Source: Octopus sinensis (Eukaryota). Taken from it: a stretch of 64,000 bases of DNA. The notes beneath the pieces were generated by a model that ran no database searches, was not told where the DNA came from, and saw only the letters and a list, made by a program, of their open reading frames with translations. Every line of letters starts with the position of its first letter. Within the stretch, counting starts at the first letter, position 1. Positions 38,146-50,353 of this stretch are shown piece by piece. The DNA is taken from positions 124,434,001 through 124,498,000 of the forward strand of contig NC_042999.1 of assembly GCF_006345805.1 (NCBI RefSeq), given 5' to 3'. The position numbers and the translations under genes were made by a program.

Positions 38146-39257
38146 TTGTAGAACTGTTAAAGCCTTGCTGTATCTTTTCTGACTATTTATATTCTGACAA
38201 CACCTGTGATGACACAGGTGTCAAACTGTATTAACCCAAGTTGGTGGCGTTTCTTTTGGATAAACATTGGTATCATGGAGAGAGGAAAGAAAACTTCTAT
38301 GCATAAACAACTGTTAATTTTCTTCAAAAAATCTTGCCCAAATCTGCACACACATGTGCCAATATATGGCTAACCTTAATCAATGGAGCTTCCTTTTGTA
38401 AAAATTTATGCAACATATTTTAACTGTATTTCCACTTTCACATACTTCAAATCATCTCTATTCTTTGCATCATCAGATTAACAAATGTTCTCTTGAGACT
38501 TCATTATCAAATGCAAGCGTTTACCATGAAATTTTTGTTGAAGAATACCTAAGTAATTGCCCTTGCTTTTTTTTTTCTCCTTTGTTACAAGACACTGTCT
38601 TATTAGCTTGATCCAGACAGGTTCGCCTAACTGGGTATTAATATCCAGAACAATACTGCAAAGCCTTTTGTCCAGTTCTTTATGAATTCTACTAATCCAT
38701 CATTCTGGAACAGCACTTGATTTTACCAACCCTGGAAAGTTCAATAAAATCAAGCACCAGTCCAGTTGACTTTGGTGGTATTAGAAATCAGAACATAAAT
38801 AGCTGTGACAAATATAGCAAGTACTTAAACAAGTCTACCAGTCTATTGTCAATCAAATCCCCGAACTGTCAAAAGCAGAGATGTGGTGTTCGAAGAATGT
38901 CGTCAATACAGTACACACTGGACAACCAGCTAAAAGAAAGTTGGCTTATATCCTGTTACTAAGACTGTATGGTGTCCATGACCAAGTCATTTAACTCTCA
39001 GTAGCCTAATCCTCTTAACTGTAAAACAAGGAACATAGAGTGGTACAGTTCAGTGGTGCAAACAGTGGGAGCACTGTAAAATTCACAAATGTTTTGTGAT
39101 CAAGCAAAGTTTGAGTTCAATTTCTCTATGTAGAGAGGAATAAGCTCCACCAAACTGACTTGTCTACATACACTAGAAGGAAAAGTGTTTTCCATAGTGG
39201 CCTTAGTACACAATGGGTCATAAGATACTTATATGAGCAGGTATTTTTCTTGTCAAT

Positions 39258-39487
39258 TTAACTCTTCAGCATTCAGATTACTCTGTCAAATGTAATGCTT
39301 ATTTATTCACATTGTTTTGAATTAAACAACGCCTTATTTTGTAGCTTTGAAATATCAGTGGTGTGTCTGTTTATCTTTAGAATGACATTGCAGGGTATTG
39401 TTTGAATGGTCAGATCTGGCCGATTTGAACTTAAAACAAGTAGAGTATTTGGACCAGATATGGCCAGTTTAAATACTAAAGGGTTAA
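39258..39487. mobile_element. TTAA-flanked (piggyBac-like) MITE
   Basis: ttaactcttcagcatt ... aatactaaagggttaa termini. Confidence 0.6.
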
Positions 39488-40303
39488 TATAATAAATCTT
39501 TAGTTAAGTATCAGCCTTTATTAGTCTTTCAGGATTGGATACAATTATTATCACTATTCTTCTCACTTAAGCACTTTCAGTAAATAAATGAATTGATTAT
39601 TTTTCCAGTAGTCATCAAATATGGCTGCTCATCAAGTGAATATTATTACTTTTAAAAGAACAAACTGCAAGAAATATATTAAAAGGTAAGAAAAAAAAAA
39701 TAAAAACAATACTTAATATTTGGCTTCAAACAGCATAAATTTCACAACCATCAAAACACATTGGTGTTTCAGCAGAATCGGTTAATATCCTTCTCTCTCA
39801 ATGCCTTTTGCCTAATATCACCTTAAAAAATTAATACCTCTCCAGAGAATTAACAGATGTTATTAACAAGAATTTGGCACAACCGTATCCAAAGACACAT
39901 ACACACATACAGACACACCTTCATTGAAATAATGATGATTTCAAATTTGGGCACAAGGCCAGCAGTTACAGGGGAGGAGGCAAGAGGGTTACATCAACCC
40001 TAGTGTGTGATTGATGTTTATTTTATTGCCCCCAAAAGGATGAAAGGCAAAGTTCACCCCCGTGGCATTTGAACTCAATTCATAATAATAATAATAACGA
40101 TTTCAAACTTTGGCACAAGGCCAGTAATTACAGAGGAGTAAGTTAGCACCCCAAAAGGAGGAAAGGTAAAGTTGACCCTGGTAGAACTTGAACTCAGAAC
40201 ATAAAAGAGGGAAAATTCTGCTAAGCATTTAATCCAGCATGCTAACAATTCTATCAGCTCACTGTGTTAATGATAATAATAATAACGGTAATAATAATAA
40301 TAA

Positions 40304-40750
40304 TGAGAAAGCAACCATACTCTGAGATATGTGAGAAAGCAACCATACTCTGGGATATACCAATACAGACAAACAGAGAGATTAAAGCTAATTGTCAGAG
40401 ATTACCAAGAAAAAATTGCTTTCTAATTGATGTATCAATACCAACAGATGACAATATTTCTCTAAAAACACCAGAAAAATTTCAAGATACAAAAACCTAG
40501 AAATAGATTAAATGTTGAGCCTAAAAACAGAAACAATCCCTGTCATAGTAGGCGCATTAGGTGTGATAAAAAAAGCATTCAGATAAATACATAACAAAAA
40601 CACCAGCACTTACAAGTATATATAACACACAGAAACACTTTCAATACAGTGAAAATAAGAGCACCACAACAAACCACAACATATACCCTAGATACACAGA
40701 GCTGCACTCAGTAGTGCTGTGAAAGCACATGATAAAAATAAGACTACTGA
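40304..40750 (+). pseudogene. R4/Dong-like non-LTR retrotransposon RLE-domain 3' fragment in (TAA)n
   Basis: EKATILWDIPIQTNREIKAN...CFLIDVSIPTDDNISLK, then KTETIPVIVGALG in another frame. Flanked by TAA repeats. Confidence 0.8.
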
Positions 40751-40759
40751 ATAATAATA

Positions 40760-40790
<31 letters not shown>

Positions 40791-40793
<3 letters not shown>

Positions 40794-40893
40794 TTTGAGG
40801 TTGATAAAATAAGTACCAGTCAAGTACTGGGATTGATGTGATCAACTAACCTCCTCCCCCAAAATTTTAGGCCTTGTGCCTTTAGTAGAAAGG

Positions 40894-40944
<51 letters not shown>

Positions 40945-41125
40945 TAGAAAGCATTTTTTTTTATGAAGAAAAAAAATGCTTTCTAAATAATAATAATAAT
41001 AAATAATAATAATAATAATAATAATTTTGAGGTTGATAAAATAAGTACCAGTCAAGTACTGGGATTGATGTGATCAACTAACCTCCTCCCCCAAAATTTT
41101 AGGCCTTGTGCCTTTAGTAGAAAGG

Positions 41126-41162
<37 letters not shown>

Positions 41163-41246
41163 TATTATTATTATTATTTAGAAAGCATTTTTTTTTATGA
41201 AGAAAAAAAATGCTTTCTAAATAATAATAATAATAATATAATAATA

Positions 41247-41280
<34 letters not shown>

Positions 41281-41380
41281 CCTTTCTACTAAAGGCACAA
41301 GGCCTAAAATTTTGGGGGAGGAGGTTAGTTGATCACATCAATCCCAGTACTTGACTGGTACTTATTTTATCAACCTCAAA
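40791..41380. repeat. Tandem plus inverted duplication of a SINE-C tail/(TAA)n unit, forming a large palindrome
   Basis: The same ~100-bp segment occurs at ~40793 (+), ~41024 (+) and ~41281 (-). The symmetry centre is tagaaagcattttttttt-atgaag-aaaaaaaatgctttcta. Confidence 0.85.
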
Positions 41381-41475
41381 AGGATAAAAGGTAAAAGTCA
41401 GCCACAGCAAAATTTGAACTCAGAATATAAGGACGGATGAATAAACAACAATAATAATAATAATTTAATAGATAG

Positions 41476-41672
41476 ATGGATAGAAGAAATGAAAATTTGA
41501 ACAGATGGTTAGGGGAAATAGGCATAAAACCTAGTTTACTGAAGCTCCAGAAAACAATATTAGAGACAGCAAGGATACTTAAGAAGTTCTTGGCATCAAA
41601 GGTTACTTGTTATAGCCTGATTTTAGGATTTATTTTATTTCCAGCAGTCAAATTTGTTATGCGTGTATTAAA
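41476..41672 (+). pseudogene. R4/Dong-like LINE extreme 3' fragment
   Basis: LNRWLGEIGIKPSLLKLQKTILETARILKKFL, flanked by (TAA)n. Confidence 0.7.
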
Positions 41673-41680
41673 TAATAATA

Positions 41681-41741
<61 letters not shown>

Positions 41742-41971
41742 TGATGATGATGATACTATACTTTCTACTATAGGCACAAAGCCTGAAAATCTGGGGAAAA
41801 AGGGGTTAGTCAATTAAATCGACCACTGTGCTTAACTGTTACTTATTTTATTGACCTTCATAGAATTTGAACTCAGAATGTAAAGACAGATGAAATTCCA
41901 CTAAGCATTTTCTCAGCACACTAATGATTCTGCCAGCTCACCACCTTAATAATAATGATGATAATAATTAG

Positions 41972-42632
41972 TCATGATGGGTATATTGGGCTTCATATAT
42001 TTTAGCCCAGTGTCACTTTGATGGCATGCATTGCTCTCTCACCCAGTAATAATGATGATAATAGTAATAATAAATGCTCTGATGCAGTCCCAGGCAGTGG
42101 CTCTCATGGCTTCGCAGCCTAACTGATTGGAAGTGTTATCGTGGACATGTTTTGTCTTAATATAAAACATGGGCTACAGCAAATATTCTGCTCAATACCG
42201 CAGACTTGCTTGTCAGTTGCTTGACCATAACTAGTTGAACATGCCCCTTGGTGGCTGATGATATGTGCATCTCTGATCACAAGCAGAAGTAGTGGTGGAG
42301 CATCATGGCCATGTGTTGAGAGGAATTCTTTGGGGTTTGAATAATTCACCTCTGGAAATATGGGTGCTTCATTCAACATCCTTAAAACAAACCTTATTCA
42401 GGGACCTTTTGAGTGGGACAGGCTACTCAACCAGAAGAAAATTCTAACTGGGCCCCACCTGCAAGGTCATACACTGTTTATCTTGATATGAGATCACCAT
42501 GTCACACACATATGGTCGTGCTGCGTGTACCTGGTGTACCCTTATCAGACAGGTAGTCATGTTGTGTATATTGGGCTTCATATATTTGTACCCCAGTGTC
42601 ACTTAGATGGCATGCACTGCTCTCTTACTCAA
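41972..42632 (+). mobile_element. TAA-targeting non-autonomous retroelement (42076-42632) preceded by a 3' fragment of itself (41972-42047)
   Basis: The 3' ~75 bp are duplicated (gtatattgggcttcatatattt..cccagtgtcactt.gatggcatgca). The 5' motif is repeated about three times at 43662-43762. Confidence 0.65.
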
Positions 42633-43624
42633 TAGTAATAATATTAATCCTTTCTACCATAAGGCCTGAAATTTTGGGCAGAGGGGCTAGTCAATTACAT
42701 CGACCCCAGTGTTTCACTGATACTTAATTTATCGACATCCAAAAGGATGAAAGGCAAAGTCAACCTTGACGGAATTTGCACTCAGTACATAAAGATGGAT
42801 GAGATGCTGCTAAGCATTTCACCCACTGCCTTAATAATGATAATGGTGATGATGATGATGATGACGACGACAACGATGATGATGATGATGAGGATGATAG
42901 TATATAATACCAAGAGCAACAACAACAAAAACAACAGCAACAACAATCATAATGATAGATTAAAAGATACCCTCTGTTGCAGACCAATTACATGTAGCTC
43001 AGCAGGGATAGGTTAAATTAGTGGGTGTTAAACTCATAACTTCAAACTAATGACTCATTCACCAATTAAACAGTACCATTATAGTTATATTACGGTACTA
43101 TTTCTCATGTGGAACCTTGATAAATCAAATGTTCACTATCTTGTCCAAGAACACACTGCTTAATTGATGTTATATGAACTGTTGACTGTTTGCCAGAGAG
43201 GACAATATGTAGCCCACTCAGACATTGTGATTATATACAGACATCTATACACATACACACAGATACCAGACACACACAAGCACACACATAAGCACACACA
43301 TACATGCACACATACACACACATATATATACATTTATATACATTTAGTTGACAAGAAATTAATATTGCACATGTCAATGCCTAACTAAAAATCAAATAAT
43401 TCATACATCAAAATAAATCATTTATCAAATGGGATAGGTTTGATTATTTTCAACAATTTTTTCAGATTTATAGTAAAATCATTTTCTTTTGTTCTATATT
43501 TGGTACTGAATTTATAAAAAAAGGGAAAAAATCTCTTTAATTGCCTTTCTGACATTGTACATATCTCATTACCGTTTTCCATTAAATATTTTTAGCCATC
43601 AAATTAATAATAATAATAATAATA

Positions 43625-43662
<38 letters not shown>

Positions 43663-43901
43663 TACCAGACAGTAGCTCTCATGGCTGATGCTCTGATGCA
43701 GTACCAGACAGTGGCTCTCATAGCAATGCCCTGATGCAGTACCAGACAGTGGCTCTCATGGATGCTATCCTCAATTCTTTGAACTTTGCTCACCACATGA
43801 TCTCTTTTACCAAAGTCACTGTCTGCTCTGCCTTGTGGGTGATGTAGCGAACCTCATGATGGACTCAGCCAATAGATGGATTCAAAACTCTAGGTGTCAG
43901 C

Positions 43902-43956
43902 AACACTAGCTGTCAAGTGATGGTGGGGGACAAACAAAGACACACACATACACATG

Positions 43957-43990
<34 letters not shown>

Positions 43991-43999
43991 CATATATAA

Positions 44000-44037
<38 letters not shown>

Positions 44038-45243
44038 CTTTTGCTGTCCTGGTGTTCGTATGCATTCGATCCTTCTTCCAGGAAATCTACGCTTCCAGCT
44101 TAGTTTTTCTTGGAGGGCTGGCCGTGATCTAGTAATCTCAAGATTAATCAGCCGAAATTACTACGATGATCCGGTTCTTGACTGAAGACTGGGGGGTTCG
44201 AATGTCCTGTCCATGTTTATTGTATCGTCTTCTATGAGTTATACGTTCTTGTCCATGTTGTATTTTTCTACATACCTTAACATATATTCCAGGCGCCCCG
44301 TACCCCCTTTATCATTAATGTGAACACATATTCTTAATAATTGGTACGACTCTCTGTTTGTCTCTCTCTCTCTCTCATTTTTACTTTCTCTCTATTCATC
44401 TTCTCTTTCCTCTGATCCTTTGGTCTAGTCTTCCACTACCCTCCTATTTCTTTATCTCGCTCTGCACTCACAGGTCATTCTTTGACACCCATCCCTTCTC
44501 CTCTCTGATTCCTTCTTTCTCTCTCTTCTCTCTCTTTGTTGCGTTTTGTCCCCCTTTTCTCTCTCTCTCTTTCTTTTCTCTTCCCTCTTCTCTGTCACGT
44601 GACTGTTGGCCGAAATCTGCCTTTCAGCTCCTGACCCTCGTCGTGTTAACATCGTTGTTCTTCGTCCGCCGCTATAAAGGCTTTTTCCAATGCGCCAGAG
44701 AAAAAATTTGTTTGCTTGTTATCAGTCGTAAGACACTTGTTGTTTTCACCGTTAATGCTTCTGTATTTCATGTTTCTGTATTCCATTATTGTTTTTTGTT
44801 TTTTTATATCTGTCCCTTTTGCTGTCCTGGTGTTCGTATGCATTCGATCCTTCTTCCAGGAAATCTACGCTTCCAGCTTAGTTTTTCTTGGAGGGCTGGC
44901 CGTGATCTAGTAATCTCAAGATTAATCAGCCGAAATTACTACGATGATCCGGTTCTTGACTGAAGACTGGGGGGTTCGAATGTCCTGTCCATGTTTATTG
45001 TATCGTCTTCTATGAGTTATACGTTCTTGTCCATGTTGTATTTTTCTACATACCTTAATATATATATATATATATACATACAACAGGCTTCTTTCAGATT
45101 TTCTCTATCAAGTCCACATAAGATTTTGGTCAGCTCAGATTTATAGTAGAAGACACTTGCCCAAGGTCCCATGCAGTGGCACTGAACCTGGAACCATGTA
45201 GTTGAGAAGCAAGCTTCTTACCACACAGCCACACCTGCACCTA
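43902..45243 (-). mobile_element. SINE family A split by the 44033-45058 insertion
   Basis: 3'-side fragment at 43902-43950 and 5' half at 45083-45243. Confidence 0.7.
44033..45058 (+). mobile_element. Young non-autonomous element with 248-bp direct terminal repeats (PLE-pLTR or TRIM-like)
   Basis: 44033-44280 and 44811-45058 appear identical (period 778). CT-rich interior, CpG retained, flanked by (TA)n inside a family A SINE. Confidence 0.85.
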
Positions 45244-48200
45244 GTTCACTTTTTGTAAATATATAGCTTCACTTAAGTGAGACAATATTTTTGTTGTACT
45301 TTACAGCAAGTTATATGTCCATGTCACAGGATAGCAGTCAACCATCCACAATGAAATATCTGAGAAGCTTCAATATGGTTGTTCAATCTACTAGAAATAA
45401 TAGCCAAATCTTTTTCAATTCAAATGCTATCATCTTGAAAGAAAAGAGGATACATTGGATAATGTGGTCCTAGATACTTCTAAAAGGATGGTATTATCAT
45501 AGCTGGAATGCTTTTGATCTTATACCTACTCAATCAGTTTACCTGGAGCCAAACAACAACAACAACAGTAATAAATGTCAAAGTTTTTAACTGAAATCAA
45601 CTTCTGGGAGTGTCAAAAGTTCGCAAGGAAAAACATCACAAAATCATAATTGATCAAAAGACATCATTAAAAATTCCATTAATACATATATATATAAATA
45701 TCTTCATGGCATTGATCCTATTGCTATTTTGAACCTCTTCATATGAAAGACTAACCAATATTTACATAGGACTTAAAATCATTATCGAAGTATTAACAAC
45801 ATAACAGTGCTTTCATTTTCTACATCCCAGGATATTGGAGTACTTTTCTTGTTGGTCTCCAGCTGTCTAGTTCAATTGATGTATTTTAACTTCATGACAA
45901 ACACCTGTTGTTTTGCGATTACTGTTCTTTTGCCTCAAGAGTCAATCACATCTATTTTTGTTCTTTAACACATATTGAACTTTAATATATTGTGCCCTCA
46001 GATAACTAAGTTCTTTCTTTTAAGCAATTGTGATGCAATACAAATGTTATGTATTCATTCATTCAAGAAAATCCCAGCAAGACCCAAGGGCATTTTATTT
46101 CCCACAGAGAACTACACTAGAGCAAAAACACTTTATCAAAGAGAAGCTGGTGTAAACAAATTCAATAACATAGTTGACCCTTTAATAGAAGATAAAAAGA
46201 GAACTTTATATAAGCTGGAAACAGCTTGCTCCCAAAATATAATCCATTGGCAGTTATTAGCTGCTAAGGGATTCCGGTTTCAAAAAGAAAAACCCTGATT
46301 CCCAGATGTTGCAAATCTGAAGAAAGTAGTAAATCAAAATAATAAAATTAAAAAAATATCAGTGACTTAAAAACCATATTTAATAAGTTGCTTGGTGTGT
46401 AGATGTTTGTTTATTCATTGGTTCTGTCTAGGAAATCTCTCTAAGATCAGCAAATTATTTATACTATAAAATTTTTTTTAATGTTACAAAGTTATTTATT
46501 CTCTACACAACTAAGGCTTCTGTCACATGCTACTAACTACAACTCTCTGCTTTGAAGTGTTTATCTGAATGTTCCAGATAATAAATGATGAAGTTTTAAA
46601 TAAAAGAAGAAAACTTAAAAATGAAATAAGCAAATATTCATAAAATAACTGTTTATCCTCATCTTATCTTTAAATGTAAGAAATACTCGTTACAGCATAG
46701 AAATGCAGTATTTAAACTAGTCAATAATTTATCTATTTGCTTTCAGTGCTCTTCATATTTACTTTGCAGGTTGATTGAAAGGAAGTTGTTTCAAGAGAAA
46801 AATCGAGTATTGACTTAACTCTGCTTTTATTGGAGATTAATTCTTTATTAATTAGTCAATACTGACATTATTGATATCGCAGGTGAAAGCTTTGCTGACC
46901 GAGACTCTCTCAACAATGCAAACCATGGCTAATGAGAAGCAAAAGTGAAAAATACAAACAGTATGTGCACAAAGACTTTGATAATTACATGAACTTGCTG
47001 TTTTAACACTGGCTTGTGACAAATTATTGAAGGGTTGTTAAAAGAAAATTTTGATCCTTTTTGTGGTTAAAAAAAATTATCCATTATAATAAAATAAATC
47101 TTTACAAACATTCAAAGGAAAACTGAATTCTTTTATTCTTCTGCTTGTTAGATCAATCATTAAATTGATTTCTTATACCAGCCTCAGTAATTTAAGAGTG
47201 GAATAAAATTTGGATGCCCATACACTTCTCAACGGTATTAGATACATAAATAAAGTGGCTGTAACCACAAACCAAAACAGAGTTGCAGTTTCTCTAGATC
47301 GGTAATTCATGAGAAACACAGATATAACATGACTATAGTAACAATCAGTTTTAATAATATAGTAGTCATAGAAATAACACGGAACAAACATTTCATTTTG
47401 TATGCCACAAGACCATACTTTTGCATCATCAATTGAATGACCCTTTTTAAATTTGTAACATTTATTTTGTAGAACTTACAAGAAAGCTCAACTAGAAGGT
47501 GCAAATCTTCTTAATCCAGAAGTTCTACTATTTTAGTAGCATAACTAGATTTATTTATTTATTTATTTATTTGCAGATCTTGACATTACCATATTATCAG
47601 GGCAGGTTCCACTCTTATGTCACAGTTACACTGTTTGCATTAACTGCTCAATCATGAAGCAAAAGTGGAACATATGGTCAATGAAGTAGTTATTGTTATA
47701 GGTCTTATAGGTCTTATTGTTATGGCAGTTATTGTTATAGGTCTTACCCAGAGACAATAAAATGACAAAGAATACAATGAATTGGCCAGAGTTAATACTC
47801 ATCATTCTTTATTCGTTTTTCTTTCTTTTTTTAAACTCAATGCCCCTTTCACCAAAAGGCATTTTACAAACTCTTCTTTACCATATTTAGCAAAAGAAAA
47901 ATTAAGAAAAATAGCAGATAATTTTGATCTAACAGAAACTAGCTTTGCTTATTGCTTTATCATCAGTCATGTTTCCCCTCACTGATAACACAATGTCTTA
48001 CTCATATCCTAAATTCAACAAAACTTTTTCTTCAAATGGGTTTAAAATATTAGTATTTTACCTGGTTTAGACACTTTATTTCTATGAAAAACTGATACTT
48101 CTAAACATTCAGCACTACCCCTTTGGCACCCTTTGACATCTGCCATCCCCTCTGAGCTCACAACACCTCCAAGGAAGCATCTGAAATTTATATTAATGTA

Positions 48201-48347
48201 GGTGCTGTTCAACTTGAATTTCCATTAGTTGATGCATATAAGAAGAGTATCTATTAGTAAGCATTGATTTTCCTGTTTGCCTTTGAGTCAGATATCAAAG
48301 CAATTTTCTTTGATCTCTTTATCATTCTCGGCAAGCATGTCCTGAAG

Positions 48348-48504
48348 CAGTCATGGGAAAATTGCAGCCCACAGGTCACTTGCACCCTGCAGGACTCTCA
48401 AAATAGCATGCTAATGAAAATTACCTAGAATTTTTGGTAGTGCAGCCCACTTGATGATCTATATCTCATTTAACCCCACTTCTCAAAAAAAGTTGCCTAT
48501 GCCT
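48348..48504. mobile_element. hAT-like MITE relic
   Basis: cagtcatgggaaa ... ttgcctatgcctg termini with internal gcagccc motifs. Confidence 0.5.
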
Positions 48505-49237
48505 GTTCTAAAATATCATTAACAAGTCATCATCACATTCTAGCTTTGATACATATATATATATATATAATATATATATATATATACCATTTATTTTCAG
48601 TACTTAGTCTGAAGTATCTACATATTGCTCAATAGATGTAACTAACTACCAGACTGTATGTGTAATATATTTTGTGTTAGTGAGGGACTGAGAAACAATG
48701 TAGATGAGTGATTCTTTTTGTTAATTTCATAGTCAACAGTTGACATTAATTACTTTATTAATCTGTTTTGGTATCATAACTTTTATTGCAATATTGAACC
48801 AAACTGTACCCCAAATCTTTTAATCCATTATTAGCATTATTAGAATACTGATGCTAATAATTATTTTCTTTCCCTATAAATTCTTTAGCATTTTTTGAGT
48901 TCCCTTTCAATTTCATCTTTTGCTATTTTCCTTCCCTTTTTTTCTGTTGCTTTGCCACTTTTAATAACTACTCAGTCTATACCTTTTTTTCTCAATGAAC
49001 ATAGGTTTTATTTTGTACTTAGTTCTTTTCTCATTCGAAGATAAATGATTTTTTTCTTCTTATACTAACCAGTCTGCAAATGTTTGCTTCTAAGTTTCTA
49101 TAGATTCACTATGGTTACTTTGTACTATTTCTTCATGTTTGTACATAAGTCCAGATCAGCTTCAGAGTGCTGAGTTCAGAATTCAGTTAATAGTTTCCCA
49201 GTTTTTTTGTCAGCATTTCCATTAATTTAACTTCCAA

Positions 49238-49627
49238 TCTCTCTATATATAAAGCTGAGGTTGTCTGTGTATGGCAGGTTTGGTAGCCTTCAACTAACAC
49301 TATCTCCTCCGAGACCTTGTGGTGCAAGTTAACAAAAATTGAGAGTATGATAGAATAAGGCTTGCTCTTCCTTCCGTAGAAGAAAAAATTTAAATTGGAC
49401 CATGTTAACACCAAAAATTATTTACATCAAAAAGGTACTTTTTTTAATATGAAAATCCATATTTTTTACGATTTTTTGACTGCTGTGTCGCCATTTTTCG
49501 GTGTATTTTAACCAGAGAATTCACTTAAAGAGAATAACAAGCTACCTAATGCAAAATTTTTACTTTTCAAAAATTCCAATTCTAAATGGTCGAAACAAAC
49601 CCAAGCAACGCCAGGCAATACTACTAG
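49238..49627 (+). mobile_element. Non-autonomous Helitron-like element
   Basis: A|TC start, cccaagcaacgccagg hairpin, CTAG|T end. Homologous to 11347-11736. Confidence 0.8.
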
Positions 49628-50018
49628 TCTAAAATAAAAACATTGTAGTTTATGACCATAATGACAACTGCATTTATACCTATAATCTCATTACTGGTTT
49701 TAATTTAGTACTATTAGTCAGTAGTTTTCCTTCTTTCTAAATCTGTCACTGAAGGATGCACACAGCAATATGCCTTTCAAAAGGTAAATGACTTTGCAGA
49801 GCCTACCACCCCTCCAGGTTGTGTTAGCTGTCATCTGTTAGCCTCTTTCATCATTTGACAAATTTTAATTTTAATCCTGATGGGTGTCCCTACACCCTCC
49901 TTAATAAAATGCATAAGGGTAGAGAAGTTTAGACACTGACTACCCAATCATGAGACAGATTATTCTGCATTACATGTTACAAATAGTACATAGAGCCTGA
50001 CCTGACTACAGTCTACGA

Positions 50019-50353
50019 CAGTGGTTCTCAACCAGGATCCATATGATTCTCATGTGTCTATACGATATTTCTGGGGTTCATGCAAGCAAAATAGTAAACT
50101 GGGGATTTGCAGTCGTATTTTAAGGGTCCATGAAAAAATTTTGCTTTAAATGTATTAATTGCAAAAAAAACAAAAACAACTAGGTTTCTTTCACTGTTTT
50201 ACATAGTTTAACATGTTTCTGGCCACTGACTTAGAATTTTAAAAGAAATTTCTACAAAACTACTTTTTAAACATTGAATGGCCATGAGGTGTCCAGCAGA
50301 GTAAGATAGTAATTAAAGGGGGTCCATAAATAAACAATGGTTGAGAACCACCA
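50019..50353. mobile_element. hAT-Charlie-like MITE
   Basis: TIRs cagtggttctcaacc / ggttgagaaccacca, with imperfect 8-bp TSD gtctacga / gtctacag. Confidence 0.75.

Noticed and set aside
44358-44963. 201-aa hydrophobic ORF
   Set aside because: It arises from the CT-rich interior of a non-autonomous element and has no recognisable domain.
46770-46950. Possible + strand terminal exons (LIERKLFQEKNRVLT*; VKALLTETLSTMQTMANEKQK*)
   Set aside because: Short, frame-ambiguous and without recognisable homology. Cannot be supported from sequence alone.
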